DNA of 64,000 bases from Candidatus Kapaibacterium sp. (GTDB lineage: Bacteria > Bacteroidota > Ignavibacteria > Kapaibacteriales > UBA2268). This document shows positions 8,919 through 18,695 of this stretch, in pieces; position 1 is the first letter of the stretch, and every line of letters begins with the position of its first letter. Below the pieces are notes generated by a model. It saw nothing but the letters and a program-made list of their open reading frames with translations, was not told the DNA's origin and made no database searches. The stretch covers positions 1,696,001 through 1,760,000 of the forward strand of contig OY762428.1 of the NCBI GenBank assembly GCA_963665665.1, given 5' to 3'. The translations under genes were made by a program, and so were the position numbers.

Positions 8919-10016
8919 GTGTCTGACAATGGACAAACAAATTTTCTTATTGCCGGCGGGGGCACCGGGGGGCATCTTTTTCCGGCTATGGCAGTAGGCC
9001 AGAGCCTGGAGCAGCTGCTCGGCGGAAAAGCAAAGTTAATATTTGCAGGCAGCAGGGAACGTATGGAATCCGAGATCGTTCCCCGCGCGGGTTACGAGTT
9101 TCATGGTATGGATATAAGCGGACTCACAAAATTATTATCGTTGAATACGCTGCAATTACCTTTTAAAATATTCAATGCCATGCGCCAATGCAGAAAAATT
9201 ATTCGTGATATTAATATTAAAGCTGTTATTGTTACCGGAGCATATATCAGCTATCCTCCGGGCCTTGCAGCATATAAAGAAAACGTACCGCTATTTCTTC
9301 TGGAGTCGAACGTTAACCCGGGCAAGACAATAAAAATGCTTTCACCGAAAGCAAAAGCCATCCTGACAAGCTTTGACGAGAGCGCTGAGTTTTTTCCAAA
9401 TGAAGTAAGGCAGAAAATACATCCTTTCGGGAATCCCGTCAGAAGCAATATTGGCAATTCAGCAGACAGGCAGGCAGCACTGAAACAATTTGGTTTCAAT
9501 GATAAAAAACCTTTATTGCTTGTTTTTGGCGGAAGCCTCGGGGCTGCTTCAATAAACTCTGAAATTGAAAAACTCATCTCGCAAATTTCAGAATTAAATA
9601 TAAATATGCTCTGGCAAACAGGAAAAAATTACATACCTTCTGTTGATATTCCGGACTTCATTCGCCAAACTACTTTCATTGACGATATGGCAGCAGCTTA
9701 TGCTGCCGCGGACATGGTTATTTCCAGGTCAGGAGCTACGACGGTTGCGGAACTGTGCCTTGCCGGGAAGCCGTCAATACTTATTCCATATCCGGGTGCG
9801 GCTAATAACGAACAGGAAAACAATGCGAAAGTACTATCCGAACGAGGTGCTTCTATATTAATCCGTGATAATGAATTATCCGTAAAACTTCAGGGTGCGA
9901 TAACTAAAACAATGAAGGATCAGGTACTGAGAAATGATATGGCTGCAATTGCAAAATCAATATCAAAACCAAATGCATCTGTTGATTGCGCCAATTTCAT
10001 TTTAAATTCAATTTAA
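8919..10016 (+). CDS. murG: UDP-GlcNAc:lipid I N-acetylglucosaminyltransferase MurG
   Basis: GGGTGGHLFPA, GNPVR, FGGSLGA, ISRSGATTVAEL, QEENA-like motifs. Confidence 0.95.
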   Translation: MSDNGQTNFLIAGGGTGGHLFPAMAVGQSLEQLLGGKAKLIFAGSRERMESEIVPRAGYEFHGMDISGLTKLLSLNTLQLPFKIFNAMRQCRKIIRDINIKAVIVTGAYISYPPGLAAYKENVPLFLLESNVNPGKTIKMLSPKAKAILTSFDESAEFFPNEVRQKIHPFGNPVRSNIGNSADRQAALKQFGFNDKKPLLLVFGGSLGAASINSEIEKLISQISELNINMLWQTGKNYIPSVDIPDFIRQTTFIDDMAAAYAAADMVISRSGATTVAELCLAGKPSILIPYPGAANNEQENNAKVLSERGASILIRDNELSVKLQGAITKTMKDQVLRNDMAAIAKSISKPNASVDCANFILNSI

Positions 10017-10093
10017 TAACAATGGAATTAATATTTAGATTTCTCAGGAATTTTTAATATTATTATATATATTGATTTTATTGAAACAGAAAA

Positions 10094-10609
10094 ATGACAT
10101 CAAAAACAGACAATCAGAAATTAAAAGAAAAACGTTTCGACCAGAGACTTGATTTCTACTGGCAGTACCTTTCTGTTTATGCTATTATTCTTGTTGCATA
10201 CAGCATATTGAAAGGTTCGATAAAAGAAGGTTCTATAACTATTGCAGTAAGCGACCCAATCGTTATCCTGCTTTCAGCCCTGGTTATCTTTTCATTGGTT
10301 TCCCTGCTTTATAACCTGTATAAAAGGCGATCGATAACAACCGGCCCTGACTATATAATATTTCACAGCCGTTTCGGAACCAAACAATTCTTTCTGAAGG
10401 ATATTAAATCCATTTCCGTAGGCCGGGAAAAAATGATAAAAGTTCGCAGGGGAATGTATAAAGTAATCAGGATGAGAGTTGCAAGCCGCAGAATGGCTAT
10501 CAGGATCAGGCCATCACTTTTTTGGAAAGAACTGAAACTTGTCGAGGAAATTGCCAGGCTAAAAAAAGATCTAAAAAAATTATCCTCCGAAAATGCAGGC
10601 CATCATTAA
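10094..10609 (+). CDS. Hypothetical membrane protein (two TM helices plus basic soluble domain)
   Basis: Two hydrophobic segments; operon context. Confidence 0.7.
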   Translation: MTSKTDNQKLKEKRFDQRLDFYWQYLSVYAIILVAYSILKGSIKEGSITIAVSDPIVILLSALVIFSLVSLLYNLYKRRSITTGPDYIIFHSRFGTKQFFLKDIKSISVGREKMIKVRRGMYKVIRMRVASRRMAIRIRPSLFWKELKLVEEIARLKKDLKKLSSENAGHH

Positions 10610-11240
10610 AATATTATTTCATTCATCAACAAACCGGGCAAGAATTCACGGCCTGTTAATTCTTATAGCAATTTTATTTTGCATATCATCACCATATTTA
10701 TCTGCTGATGAATTAAATTTACCCCCTGCCAGGCACATTGCAGATTCCGTTCTTAGTGAAGGATTCACTGAAATTCTAAAACGCAGCGGCCTGAGTGCCG
10801 GAGATACTATCTCGGTAAAAGATATTGGCAAAGGCTCCAATATATATATCGTTTTCAAGCTGGAACATTTTTTACAGGAAAAAGGTATTTTTATTAATAA
10901 GAATCCTGAAAAAAAATACCCCGAATTCAGATTACTGGTCGATAATTTTGGGTTTCAATATGAAAACACCGATGACCCGGACAATATTCAACGGAAATTT
11001 GAACTCGGATTAAGCTTCTCCCCCACCAACTACTCAGCTATTGATGATATTAATTTTGAATCAACTGATACAATACCAAGGCTTTTTTATTTTCAGGAAA
11101 AGCATTACCAGCATCCTTATTCTAATGGCAAACTACCTGAACCCGACGGTTCATTCTGGGATGAAATTGCCGAACCGGCTTTAGTTATATCAGCCGCGGT
11201 TATCAGTGTTATTACCTTATTCTCAGTCAGGTCAAAATAA
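10593..11240 (+). CDS. Hypothetical exported protein with C-terminal hydrophobic segment
   Basis: N-terminal signal-like segment; C-terminal 'EPALVISAAVISVITLFSVRSK'. Confidence 0.7.
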   Translation: MQAIIKILFHSSTNRARIHGLLILIAILFCISSPYLSADELNLPPARHIADSVLSEGFTEILKRSGLSAGDTISVKDIGKGSNIYIVFKLEHFLQEKGIFINKNPEKKYPEFRLLVDNFGFQYENTDDPDNIQRKFELGLSFSPTNYSAIDDINFESTDTIPRLFYFQEKHYQHPYSNGKLPEPDGSFWDEIAEPALVISAAVISVITLFSVRSK

Positions 11241-11245
11241 TCAGG

Positions 11246-12646
11246 TTAGTTTTTCTTTTTCCTGTATTGCTGTACGTTTATCCCGTACTTCCTGATCTTA
11301 TTATGTAATGTTTCCCTGCTGATACCCAAAATAGCAGCGGATTTGCTTACATTGCCACGACAGCTTTCCAGAGTGGATTCAATTTTTTTCTTATCCGTTA
11401 GCTCGATGTCTTCCTTAAGAGTCCTGCTGTTTGACAGAACCGTAACCTGTGGCTCAACTTTAACTTTTGAATGTGTGCCCGACTGAATAATCTTAGCAAT
11501 ATCAGCGGCTTCTATCTGGTCTTTATGAACAGTCTGAAGCACAACCCTGATAACACTCGCCAGTTCCCTGACATTTCCGGGCCACTTTTGTTCCTGGAGA
11601 AACTCTATAGCACCTGGTGCGAAGAACTTACCTTCATCATAATCACGGTTGTGCCCTTCAAGATAATAAAGTACTATGTCAGGAATATCATCAAGTCTTT
11701 CTGCCAAAGGAGGCAGGTAAATTTCACATTCGCGAAGGCGGTGATATAATTGCTCACGAAATTTCGAATCTTTCATTGCGCTAATAAGGTCTCTGTCGGT
11801 TGCCGATACAAACCTGATATCAACTTCCTCGGGTTCGACAGCTCCAACCCTACGAACCATCCTTTCCTCGATAGGAAGAAAGAGATTTGATTGCAGATCT
11901 AAGGAAAGATCGCCAATTTCATCAAGGAACAATGTTCCCTTGTTTGCCTTGTGGAACAATCCTTTTTTTGTATCGGTAGCGCCCGAAAAGGATCCTTTAT
12001 TATGGCCGAACAATTCGCTCTGGAACAATTCTCTTGGAATATTCGGAATATCAACTGTTACGAACGGGGACTTTTTCCTCCTGCTTACGGCATGTATTGC
12101 TTTTGCAACAAGTTTTTTACCGGTGCCTGTTTCTCCTGATACCAGAACATTCAGATCAGTTCTCCCGTAACGAATGATATTATCGCCAACATTTATCATG
12201 GCTTTGCTTTTAGCTATGATACCCTGTGAAGCCAGAAAATTAGCTATTTCCCGTTCTTCGCCACGGGCTCCTATCTTTTCGCTGGCAGTATCAAATACAG
12301 CTTTTAGCTTATCGCTGCTTACCAGGCTTTTCTCGATAAAATTCATAGCTCCAAGCTTTGTAGCCCGCACAGCAGTTTCAATAGTCCCTTTTCCGGAAAT
12401 CATTACCACGGGGACAGCAGGATTTCTCTTTCTTATACCCTCAAGAACATCAAGCCCGTTCATTGAAGCATCCGGGCCGAATTCAATATCGAGAAGAATC
12501 AAATGTATATTATTCTTATGATTACTCATATAAGCAACAGCTTCCTCGGGGACGTTCAATATCCTTGCATCATGACCGGACGACTGAACTATGTCAGCTA
12601 TCGTGGTGCAGAAATCTATACTATCGTCAACAATTAAAACATTCAT
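11246..12646 (-). CDS. NtrC-family response regulator (REC, sigma54-type AAA+, Fis HTH)
   Basis: VDD...LLD receiver; GETGTGK; SELFGHNKGSFSGA; LFLDEIG; WPGNVREL; GNVSKSAAILGISRETL. Confidence 0.93.
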   Translation of the reverse strand: MNVLIVDDSIDFCTTIADIVQSSGHDARILNVPEEAVAYMSNHKNNIHLILLDIEFGPDASMNGLDVLEGIRKRNPAVPVVMISGKGTIETAVRATKLGAMNFIEKSLVSSDKLKAVFDTASEKIGARGEEREIANFLASQGIIAKSKAMINVGDNIIRYGRTDLNVLVSGETGTGKKLVAKAIHAVSRRKKSPFVTVDIPNIPRELFQSELFGHNKGSFSGATDTKKGLFHKANKGTLFLDEIGDLSLDLQSNLFLPIEERMVRRVGAVEPEEVDIRFVSATDRDLISAMKDSKFREQLYHRLRECEIYLPPLAERLDDIPDIVLYYLEGHNRDYDEGKFFAPGAIEFLQEQKWPGNVRELASVIRVVLQTVHKDQIEAADIAKIIQSGTHSKVKVEPQVTVLSNSRTLKEDIELTDKKKIESTLESCRGNVSKSAAILGISRETLHNKIRKYGINVQQYRKKKN

Positions 12647-12718
12647 TCAATTCATCCTGAATAATACTATAATAGTTCGCCGGGGAAACAGCTCATCCTG
12701 AATCTCAAAAATAACAAA

Positions 12719-13177
12719 TCATCTAATATTTTCTACATAAATTTCAGGTATAAGGACTAATAAGGAATCAAATAATTTTTGAAATTCTTCATTTCCGACA
12801 TTTTTGTGATTTGGATTCCAAACAGCCCTCATCCTGACATTTAAATCGGGATTAATAAACTCGATAAAACGGTTAGTATCAGCCGGAACATTCAAGGCTT
12901 GTGTTTTTAGCAATAAGGCCTGAACTTTCGACTTAAATTCACAAAAATACTCACGTTCCATTTGTAATACTTCTTTATTGCCGGGTATACTTGTTATAAC
13001 TCCGAGGGAGTTAATATCAAATCCTGTTACTTTCTTTTCGGCAGCAATGTAATTCCCCCAGCGAATTTTCAGATTTTTTTCCTTTTCCGAAATACAATCC
13101 GGAAATTGCGGTGTACAGGAAATAAACATTGCACTAAGCAGAAATGCAGCAAATATCTTTATATATATCAATTTCAT
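12719..13177 (-). CDS. Hypothetical lipoprotein
   Basis: Lipobox 'MFISC' after hydrophobic stretch; likely start MKLIY, avoiding overlap with gltX. Confidence 0.7.
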   Translation of the reverse strand: MKLIYIKIFAAFLLSAMFISCTPQFPDCISEKEKNLKIRWGNYIAAEKKVTGFDINSLGVITSIPGNKEVLQMEREYFCEFKSKVQALLLKTQALNVPADTNRFIEFINPDLNVRMRAVWNPNHKNVGNEEFQKLFDSLLVLIPEIYVENIR

Positions 13178-13181
13178 TTTA

Positions 13182-14642
13182 TTAACCGTGCTTTTCAAGA
13201 AAAGTTTCCATTCTGCGAATACATTCATCCTTGCCAAGAACTTCCATTGTCTCGAACATACCTGCCCCGACTGATTTCCCGGTTATCATCAATCTTAGCG
13301 GATGGATTACCGGCTTGAAACCAATCTCGTTTTCTTCAAGATACTGTTTGGTCAGGGTATGAGCAGCTTCATGGTCGAACTTTTGCATTGCCCTGAATCT
13401 TTCCATTAATGGCCTGAGAAGATCAGCGCTTGTTTCTTTCCAGTGTTTATTGAAATATTTTTCCTCGTACTCTTCAATTTCAGCAAACATGTATGGAGCA
13501 AAATCAGGTATATCCTGAATAAATGATACTCTTTCCTTGAATAGTTTGATAACTTCTTCAAGATAGGAATCAGAATAATTGTCCTTTCCCTTATCAGCAA
13601 GTGTATCTTTAAGGATCGGAACGAGTTCTTTTTCAGTAAAGATTGTTCTAAGATATTGTTCGTTAAACCACTTCAATTTATTAAGATCGAAAATTGCACC
13701 GCCCTTGTTTACTTTTTCAATGTTGAACAATGAGATAAGTTCATCCATTGTATAAATATCCCTGTCGGCAGTAGGATTCCAGCCAAGCAGAGCAATGAAG
13801 TTTACGAATGCATCTTTCAGGTAGCCCTGATTCTTGAAATCTTCAACTGCAACAGAACCGTGCCTTTTGCTTAGTTTCTGCTTTTTGGAGTTCAGCAATA
13901 ACGGAAGATGAGCAAATTCGGGTATATCCCATCCGAATGCCTGATATAGAATCACGTGTTTGGGAGTTGAAGGCAGCCATTCCTCGCCACGGATTACATG
14001 ACTTATCTTCATCAAATGATCATCAACTACATTTGCCAGGTGATATGTCGGAAAACCATCCGATTTCAATAAAACCTGATCGTCAATATCTTTACCGTTA
14101 ACTGTTACGTCACCCCTGATCAGGTCGTGAAATTTAATATTCTCCATTGGCACTTTCAGCCTGACAACATATTTAGTTTCCGAATCAATAAGCTTTTTAG
14201 TTTCTTCTTCACCGAGAGTAAACTGATTTCTCATTGTGTCCCTGTCATACTTCGGATCTTTTTTCTCGGCCTGCTGTTTTTCACGCATGGCTGTAAGTTC
14301 TTCTCCGGTATCAAAAGCATAGTAGGCAAGGCCTTTATCAATAAGTTCATCAGCATATTTTTTATAAAGGCCAAAGCGTTCCGATTGAACATAAGGTCCG
14401 TAATCACCACCTAAAACCGGACTTTCGTCAAACTCTATACCTGCCCATTTCATAGATTGAATTAAATTGTCTGCTGCATTTTCAACCAGCCTTGTCCTGT
14501 CTGTATCTTCTATTCTTAAAATTACTTTACCATTATTATGCCTGGCAAAAAGATAATTATATAAAGCCGTACGCAAACCACCCACGTGCAGGTATCCTGT
14601 CGGGGATGGTGCAAATCTTACTCTTACGGACATATCATTCAC
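13182..14642 (-). CDS. gltX: Glutamate--tRNA ligase
   Basis: RVRFAPSPTGYLHVGG, LRIEDTD, HVIRGEEW, KLSKRHG. Confidence 0.97.
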   Translation of the reverse strand: MNDMSVRVRFAPSPTGYLHVGGLRTALYNYLFARHNNGKVILRIEDTDRTRLVENAADNLIQSMKWAGIEFDESPVLGGDYGPYVQSERFGLYKKYADELIDKGLAYYAFDTGEELTAMREKQQAEKKDPKYDRDTMRNQFTLGEEETKKLIDSETKYVVRLKVPMENIKFHDLIRGDVTVNGKDIDDQVLLKSDGFPTYHLANVVDDHLMKISHVIRGEEWLPSTPKHVILYQAFGWDIPEFAHLPLLLNSKKQKLSKRHGSVAVEDFKNQGYLKDAFVNFIALLGWNPTADRDIYTMDELISLFNIEKVNKGGAIFDLNKLKWFNEQYLRTIFTEKELVPILKDTLADKGKDNYSDSYLEEVIKLFKERVSFIQDIPDFAPYMFAEIEEYEEKYFNKHWKETSADLLRPLMERFRAMQKFDHEAAHTLTKQYLEENEIGFKPVIHPLRLMITGKSVGAGMFETMEVLGKDECIRRMETFLEKHG

Positions 14643-14811
14643 CTGTAAAATTAATAAAAACCATGCAGCAGGAAATTGTTTCCGAAAACTGCTAATTCTC
14701 CGAACTTAAAATTACAAAATTTACATTTTTTTTCTAAATCTTATAATCAATAACCATAAAAAAAGGGATCTACCCATTATGAGTAAACCCCTTTTATAGT
14801 TATTTAAATTT

Positions 14812-17007
14812 TTATCTTGGATTTACGGTAAATCCATTATTTAAAGTTGCCCTGCTCCTGTCTCTGTTTTTAACAATCACATTCCATCTTGTAGGATTCC
14901 GTAGCCAACTGTTACGAATTCTTACCGTGGCTCTGATCTCTGTTGAACTGACAACTGTTACACTTCGGGCAATCGGTGCCCTTCCTCTGCCACCTCGGAA
15001 TTTTATACTGGCTCTATCCTGAAAACCACTTCCCCTGATAACAATATTTACAGTAGTTCTCTCCCTGCCGCTATTAGGTGTTATACTTGCTATCGTCGGA
15101 TCTGTTGTTGCTTCGCTAACAATAACTGTCAGCTGATCCGAAGACGTTGCTCCTCCATTATCAGTAACAGTTAAAACAACGGTATGGGTTCCAACATTGA
15201 AACTATAATTTAAAGATGCTGTTGTTCCAATTGTATTTCCATTTAAAGTCCAGGAATAGGACACTATTGTCCCATCTTCGTCGTATGAATCTGATCCGTC
15301 AAGTTGAACAGTTTCTGAACCATTATCATCCTCATCAGTAACATTAATAATATTACCTGCATCAGCAACAGGATCCTGGTTTTCAATAATTGTAACAACA
15401 ACTTCATCTTCATCAGTATTTCCGTCATCATCAGTAACAGTCAGGATGATATTATGAATTCCAACATTGAAACTAATATTAATTGTGGAGGAAGTTCCAA
15501 TTACAGTGCTGCCTTCCTTCCATTCGTAGGAAACAATACTGCCGTCATCATCATAAGAATCACTTCCGTCAAGCAGCACAGACTCTGATCCGGAGTCATC
15601 ATCATCATTGGCTGTTATTGCATTTCCTGCATCAGCTACCGGGTCAGAGCTGTTAGAGCTACCTGATCCGGCCCATCCCAAATTCTCGTGATTATTATCC
15701 GGATCTTCAGGATCACTATCAGATTCCAGACCATTATCGGAGGTGTACATACCTTCTCCGCCATTTATCAGAGCCTGCCGAATTGAATATACTCCCGTTG
15801 CATTTGTAGCTCTTCCATTCTCTGCAATGTACATTGCCACTAATCCTGCTGCATGTGGAGTAGCCATTGATGTACCGCTCATATATTGATAATTCCCGCC
15901 AGGTGAAGTTGAATATACATTAACTCCTGGAAGAATAAGATCTATAGCAGCACCAGATGATGTGACCGGATTATTAGAAACAACACTTTGACTATAATTA
16001 CTAAATTCTGCGAAAGAATCATCGTCTCCGTAATAGTTCGAATTACCAAGGCCTCCGGGCTGACCATCTGTATCACATAAAGCAGATATCGTCATTGCTT
16101 CAGGAAAACTGGCAGGTGTGTCATCATCGTTTGTACCAAAGTTTCCATCTCTGCCATAAATATCCCGTGAATCATTACCAGCTGCAACAACAACAACAAT
16201 TCCTTCCGAAACGCAATCCTGAACAGCTGTTCTAAGAGAGGCACTATATCCTCTGCCACCAAGGCTCATACTGGCTATTTCAATGCTCGACGATCTTTCG
16301 CTTACCCAGTCTAAACCTCGTACAATATCAGAGATAAATCCACTACCATCCTCATCCAATACCTTTACTCCCCAAACTCTTGCTCCGGGAGCAACACCAA
16401 CCACACCAATATTATTATCTATAGCAGCAGCAGTTCCTGCACAATGAGTTCCATGGCCATTGTCATCATCGAAATCATTATCAGAAAAAGGCCTCCACCT
16501 GTTCCTTACATATTCCCTCCAGTAATGGATACCTGAAGTATGCACATTCAGATCAGGATGATCAGTATCAATGCCGGTATCAATTATTGCTATATCAACA
16601 TCTACATTTCCTGATACGGATGTGGCATCGGCTTCGATTCTGCTAATTCCGTTAGGTATTGTCTGAACATTTGCTCTGACTATCATATCCTGCTCAAGAT
16701 ACTCTATGTCAGGATTTTTCATCAGAGCATTGACAAGCTCCTCTGTGGCGTTATAAAGAATAAAGCCGTTCAATACTTTTCTGTAAATATAAAATTCCTC
16801 TATACCATACTCTTTAATTATTTCCTCTGGTACACAACTTTTCTTAACAACGACGATATACTGTCCTTCAACATATTCAGGGCCATTTTCGATAACCTGG
16901 ATTCCCGGTACCTCATGTTCATCCGGCACATTTATTAAATCGTCTTCGATACATCCGGCAAACAGCAGCAAAGTGCCAATTAGCATTATGGTATAGATAT
17001 TTCTCAT
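14812..17007 (-). CDS. S8 subtilisin-like serine protease lipoprotein with I9 prodomain, two PKD domains and an IPT/TIG-like domain
   Basis: Lipobox FAGC; triad motifs IDTG, HGTHCAG, GTSMATPH; PKD motifs 'LDGSDSYDxDGxIVSYxW'. Confidence 0.92.
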   Translation of the reverse strand: MRNIYTIMLIGTLLLFAGCIEDDLINVPDEHEVPGIQVIENGPEYVEGQYIVVVKKSCVPEEIIKEYGIEEFYIYRKVLNGFILYNATEELVNALMKNPDIEYLEQDMIVRANVQTIPNGISRIEADATSVSGNVDVDIAIIDTGIDTDHPDLNVHTSGIHYWREYVRNRWRPFSDNDFDDDNGHGTHCAGTAAAIDNNIGVVGVAPGARVWGVKVLDEDGSGFISDIVRGLDWVSERSSSIEIASMSLGGRGYSASLRTAVQDCVSEGIVVVVAAGNDSRDIYGRDGNFGTNDDDTPASFPEAMTISALCDTDGQPGGLGNSNYYGDDDSFAEFSNYSQSVVSNNPVTSSGAAIDLILPGVNVYSTSPGGNYQYMSGTSMATPHAAGLVAMYIAENGRATNATGVYSIRQALINGGEGMYTSDNGLESDSDPEDPDNNHENLGWAGSGSSNSSDPVADAGNAITANDDDDSGSESVLLDGSDSYDDDGSIVSYEWKEGSTVIGTSSTINISFNVGIHNIILTVTDDDGNTDEDEVVVTIIENQDPVADAGNIINVTDEDDNGSETVQLDGSDSYDEDGTIVSYSWTLNGNTIGTTASLNYSFNVGTHTVVLTVTDNGGATSSDQLTVIVSEATTDPTIASITPNSGRERTTVNIVIRGSGFQDRASIKFRGGRGRAPIARSVTVVSSTEIRATVRIRNSWLRNPTRWNVIVKNRDRSRATLNNGFTVNPR

Positions 17008-17146
17008 TGCATATACTCCTTATTATTAAAACATTTTGAACCCGCACCTCCTAAATATAATTAACATTTTTTAATTATCAAACTTATTATTGTACTTTTA
17101 TGATATTATATTAATATTTTGTTCATATTTATATCATTCCTATGTC

Positions 17147-17173
17147 AAAAAAAAAGAGGCCGAAGCCTCTTTT
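17147..17173 (-). terminator. Intrinsic terminator of the 17.2-24.3 kb operon
   Basis: AAAAGAGGC-CGAA-GCCTCTTTT hairpin with A run (U run on minus strand). Confidence 0.75.
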
Positions 17174-17194
17174 AATATATTCTTTTTTGTTGGA

Positions 17195-18550
17195 TTACTT
17201 TGCAACAATAACAATTTCCGTACGGCGATTAAGCCTCCTTCCGAAATCCTGTCTGTTGCTGGCTATAGGCCTTCTTTCGCCATATCCTTTTGTTTTAATT
17301 CTATTTTCGTCAACACCTCTTGAAACAAGGTATCTTTTAACACTTTCGGCCCTTTGTAATGATAGCCTGTCATTAATCCTGTGCGACCCTATGTTATCAG
17401 TATGGCCTTCTATCATAATAGCTATCTGAGGCTTTACCCCCATAAATTCTGCAAGCATATCAAGTTCCGGCACTGAATCAGGTATATCAAACCTGTTTGT
17501 AAGATAAAGCAGATTTTCAATAATAAGCTTTCGCCCAAGGTCAACAATAGGAATTGTTTTCCTTACAAGCCTGCCCTTTTTCTTATTGAAAAGCGCTATT
17601 TCGATCGAATCCGGCACAGCAGGTTGGTCTGACCTGTATGTCATTGAATACAGGTTTGTAAGTTGATTCGAGAAGTTATCCAGAATGGTTGAAAATGGAT
17701 AACTGATATCATAAAAGGTACCGCGGGTTTTTTTAGTTATTTCCTTATACCTTCTCAATTTCGGAGGTACTATAGCAAAAACTCTTAATTCTTTTTCAAT
17801 TAAATCTTCTGTTATTGATTCTGTGGTCTGGTTTGTAACACCAAAACCATTTTCACCTTCCTGGTGATAAGGAGCATCTGTTAGAAGCACTGCCACACGG
17901 CTCGCTTCAGTCCTGTACTTTAGCTTTGTGGCAGCTTCCAGGGCTTCCAGGGCATTTTCCTTCTCATCTCCGCCACCCCTTGCTTTTAGTTCATTTAGCC
18001 ATGAAAGAAACTCTGATACGTCTTTCGTCGGCTGGTATTTTTTTTCCACATCATCCGAAAAAAGAACTAAACCGAGGCGATAATCGATACCACGCCGTAC
18101 AAGATTTTCCGTAAACCTTGAAATATTTGTCCTGACAGCATTAATATGCTGCTGCATTGATCCGGTTCTGTCCAGCACAAACACAAAATCCACTGCCACG
18201 ACTTCACTAACCGGTATCTTTTCAACTTTTGTTACTTTTTTCTGAACTCCGTTTTCATACACGAACATATTCTCGGATGTTAGTGTATCAAGTGGCTGGC
18301 CTGCTTTGTTAAATGCTTCTATGAAAATCTTAATTGAAGGGAATTTAGTAATATCAATACTACGGACAGTAATTTCTATCTCCTTGTCCGCGTACTTAAT
18401 ATTTGCCTTTTCAAGAACTTCTTTAGAGGATTTTGGCAACTGCGGGCCATAAGTATCGTTTTGTGCAATACTTTCCTGCCAACATAAAAACATGAAGGCT
18501 GTTATAATTATGATTGCTGCCTTTTTTGCAACAGATTGAAATTCCGACAT
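17195..18550 (-). CDS. Exported vWA-domain plus OmpA-like peptidoglycan-binding protein
   Basis: MIDAS 'FVLDRTGSM', 'LLTDAP'; OmpA C-terminus 'IEGHTDNIG...NDRLSLQRAESV...GYGERRP...NRRTE'; likely start MSEFQ. Confidence 0.88.
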   Translation of the reverse strand: MSEFQSVAKKAAIIIITAFMFLCWQESIAQNDTYGPQLPKSSKEVLEKANIKYADKEIEITVRSIDITKFPSIKIFIEAFNKAGQPLDTLTSENMFVYENGVQKKVTKVEKIPVSEVVAVDFVFVLDRTGSMQQHINAVRTNISRFTENLVRRGIDYRLGLVLFSDDVEKKYQPTKDVSEFLSWLNELKARGGGDEKENALEALEAATKLKYRTEASRVAVLLTDAPYHQEGENGFGVTNQTTESITEDLIEKELRVFAIVPPKLRRYKEITKKTRGTFYDISYPFSTILDNFSNQLTNLYSMTYRSDQPAVPDSIEIALFNKKKGRLVRKTIPIVDLGRKLIIENLLYLTNRFDIPDSVPELDMLAEFMGVKPQIAIMIEGHTDNIGSHRINDRLSLQRAESVKRYLVSRGVDENRIKTKGYGERRPIASNRQDFGRRLNRRTEIVIVAK

Positions 18551-18695
18551 TACATCTCCCCCTGAGATTAAAATGCTGCCATTTACAATCAGCAATTTAT
18601 ATAATATTATACTTAACTAAAAATATGCTGCTTAAAAAAAAAGCCCTCCACGAAGTTTTTTACCAGCAGGGAGGGCTTGTAAAATCATCTTTAAA

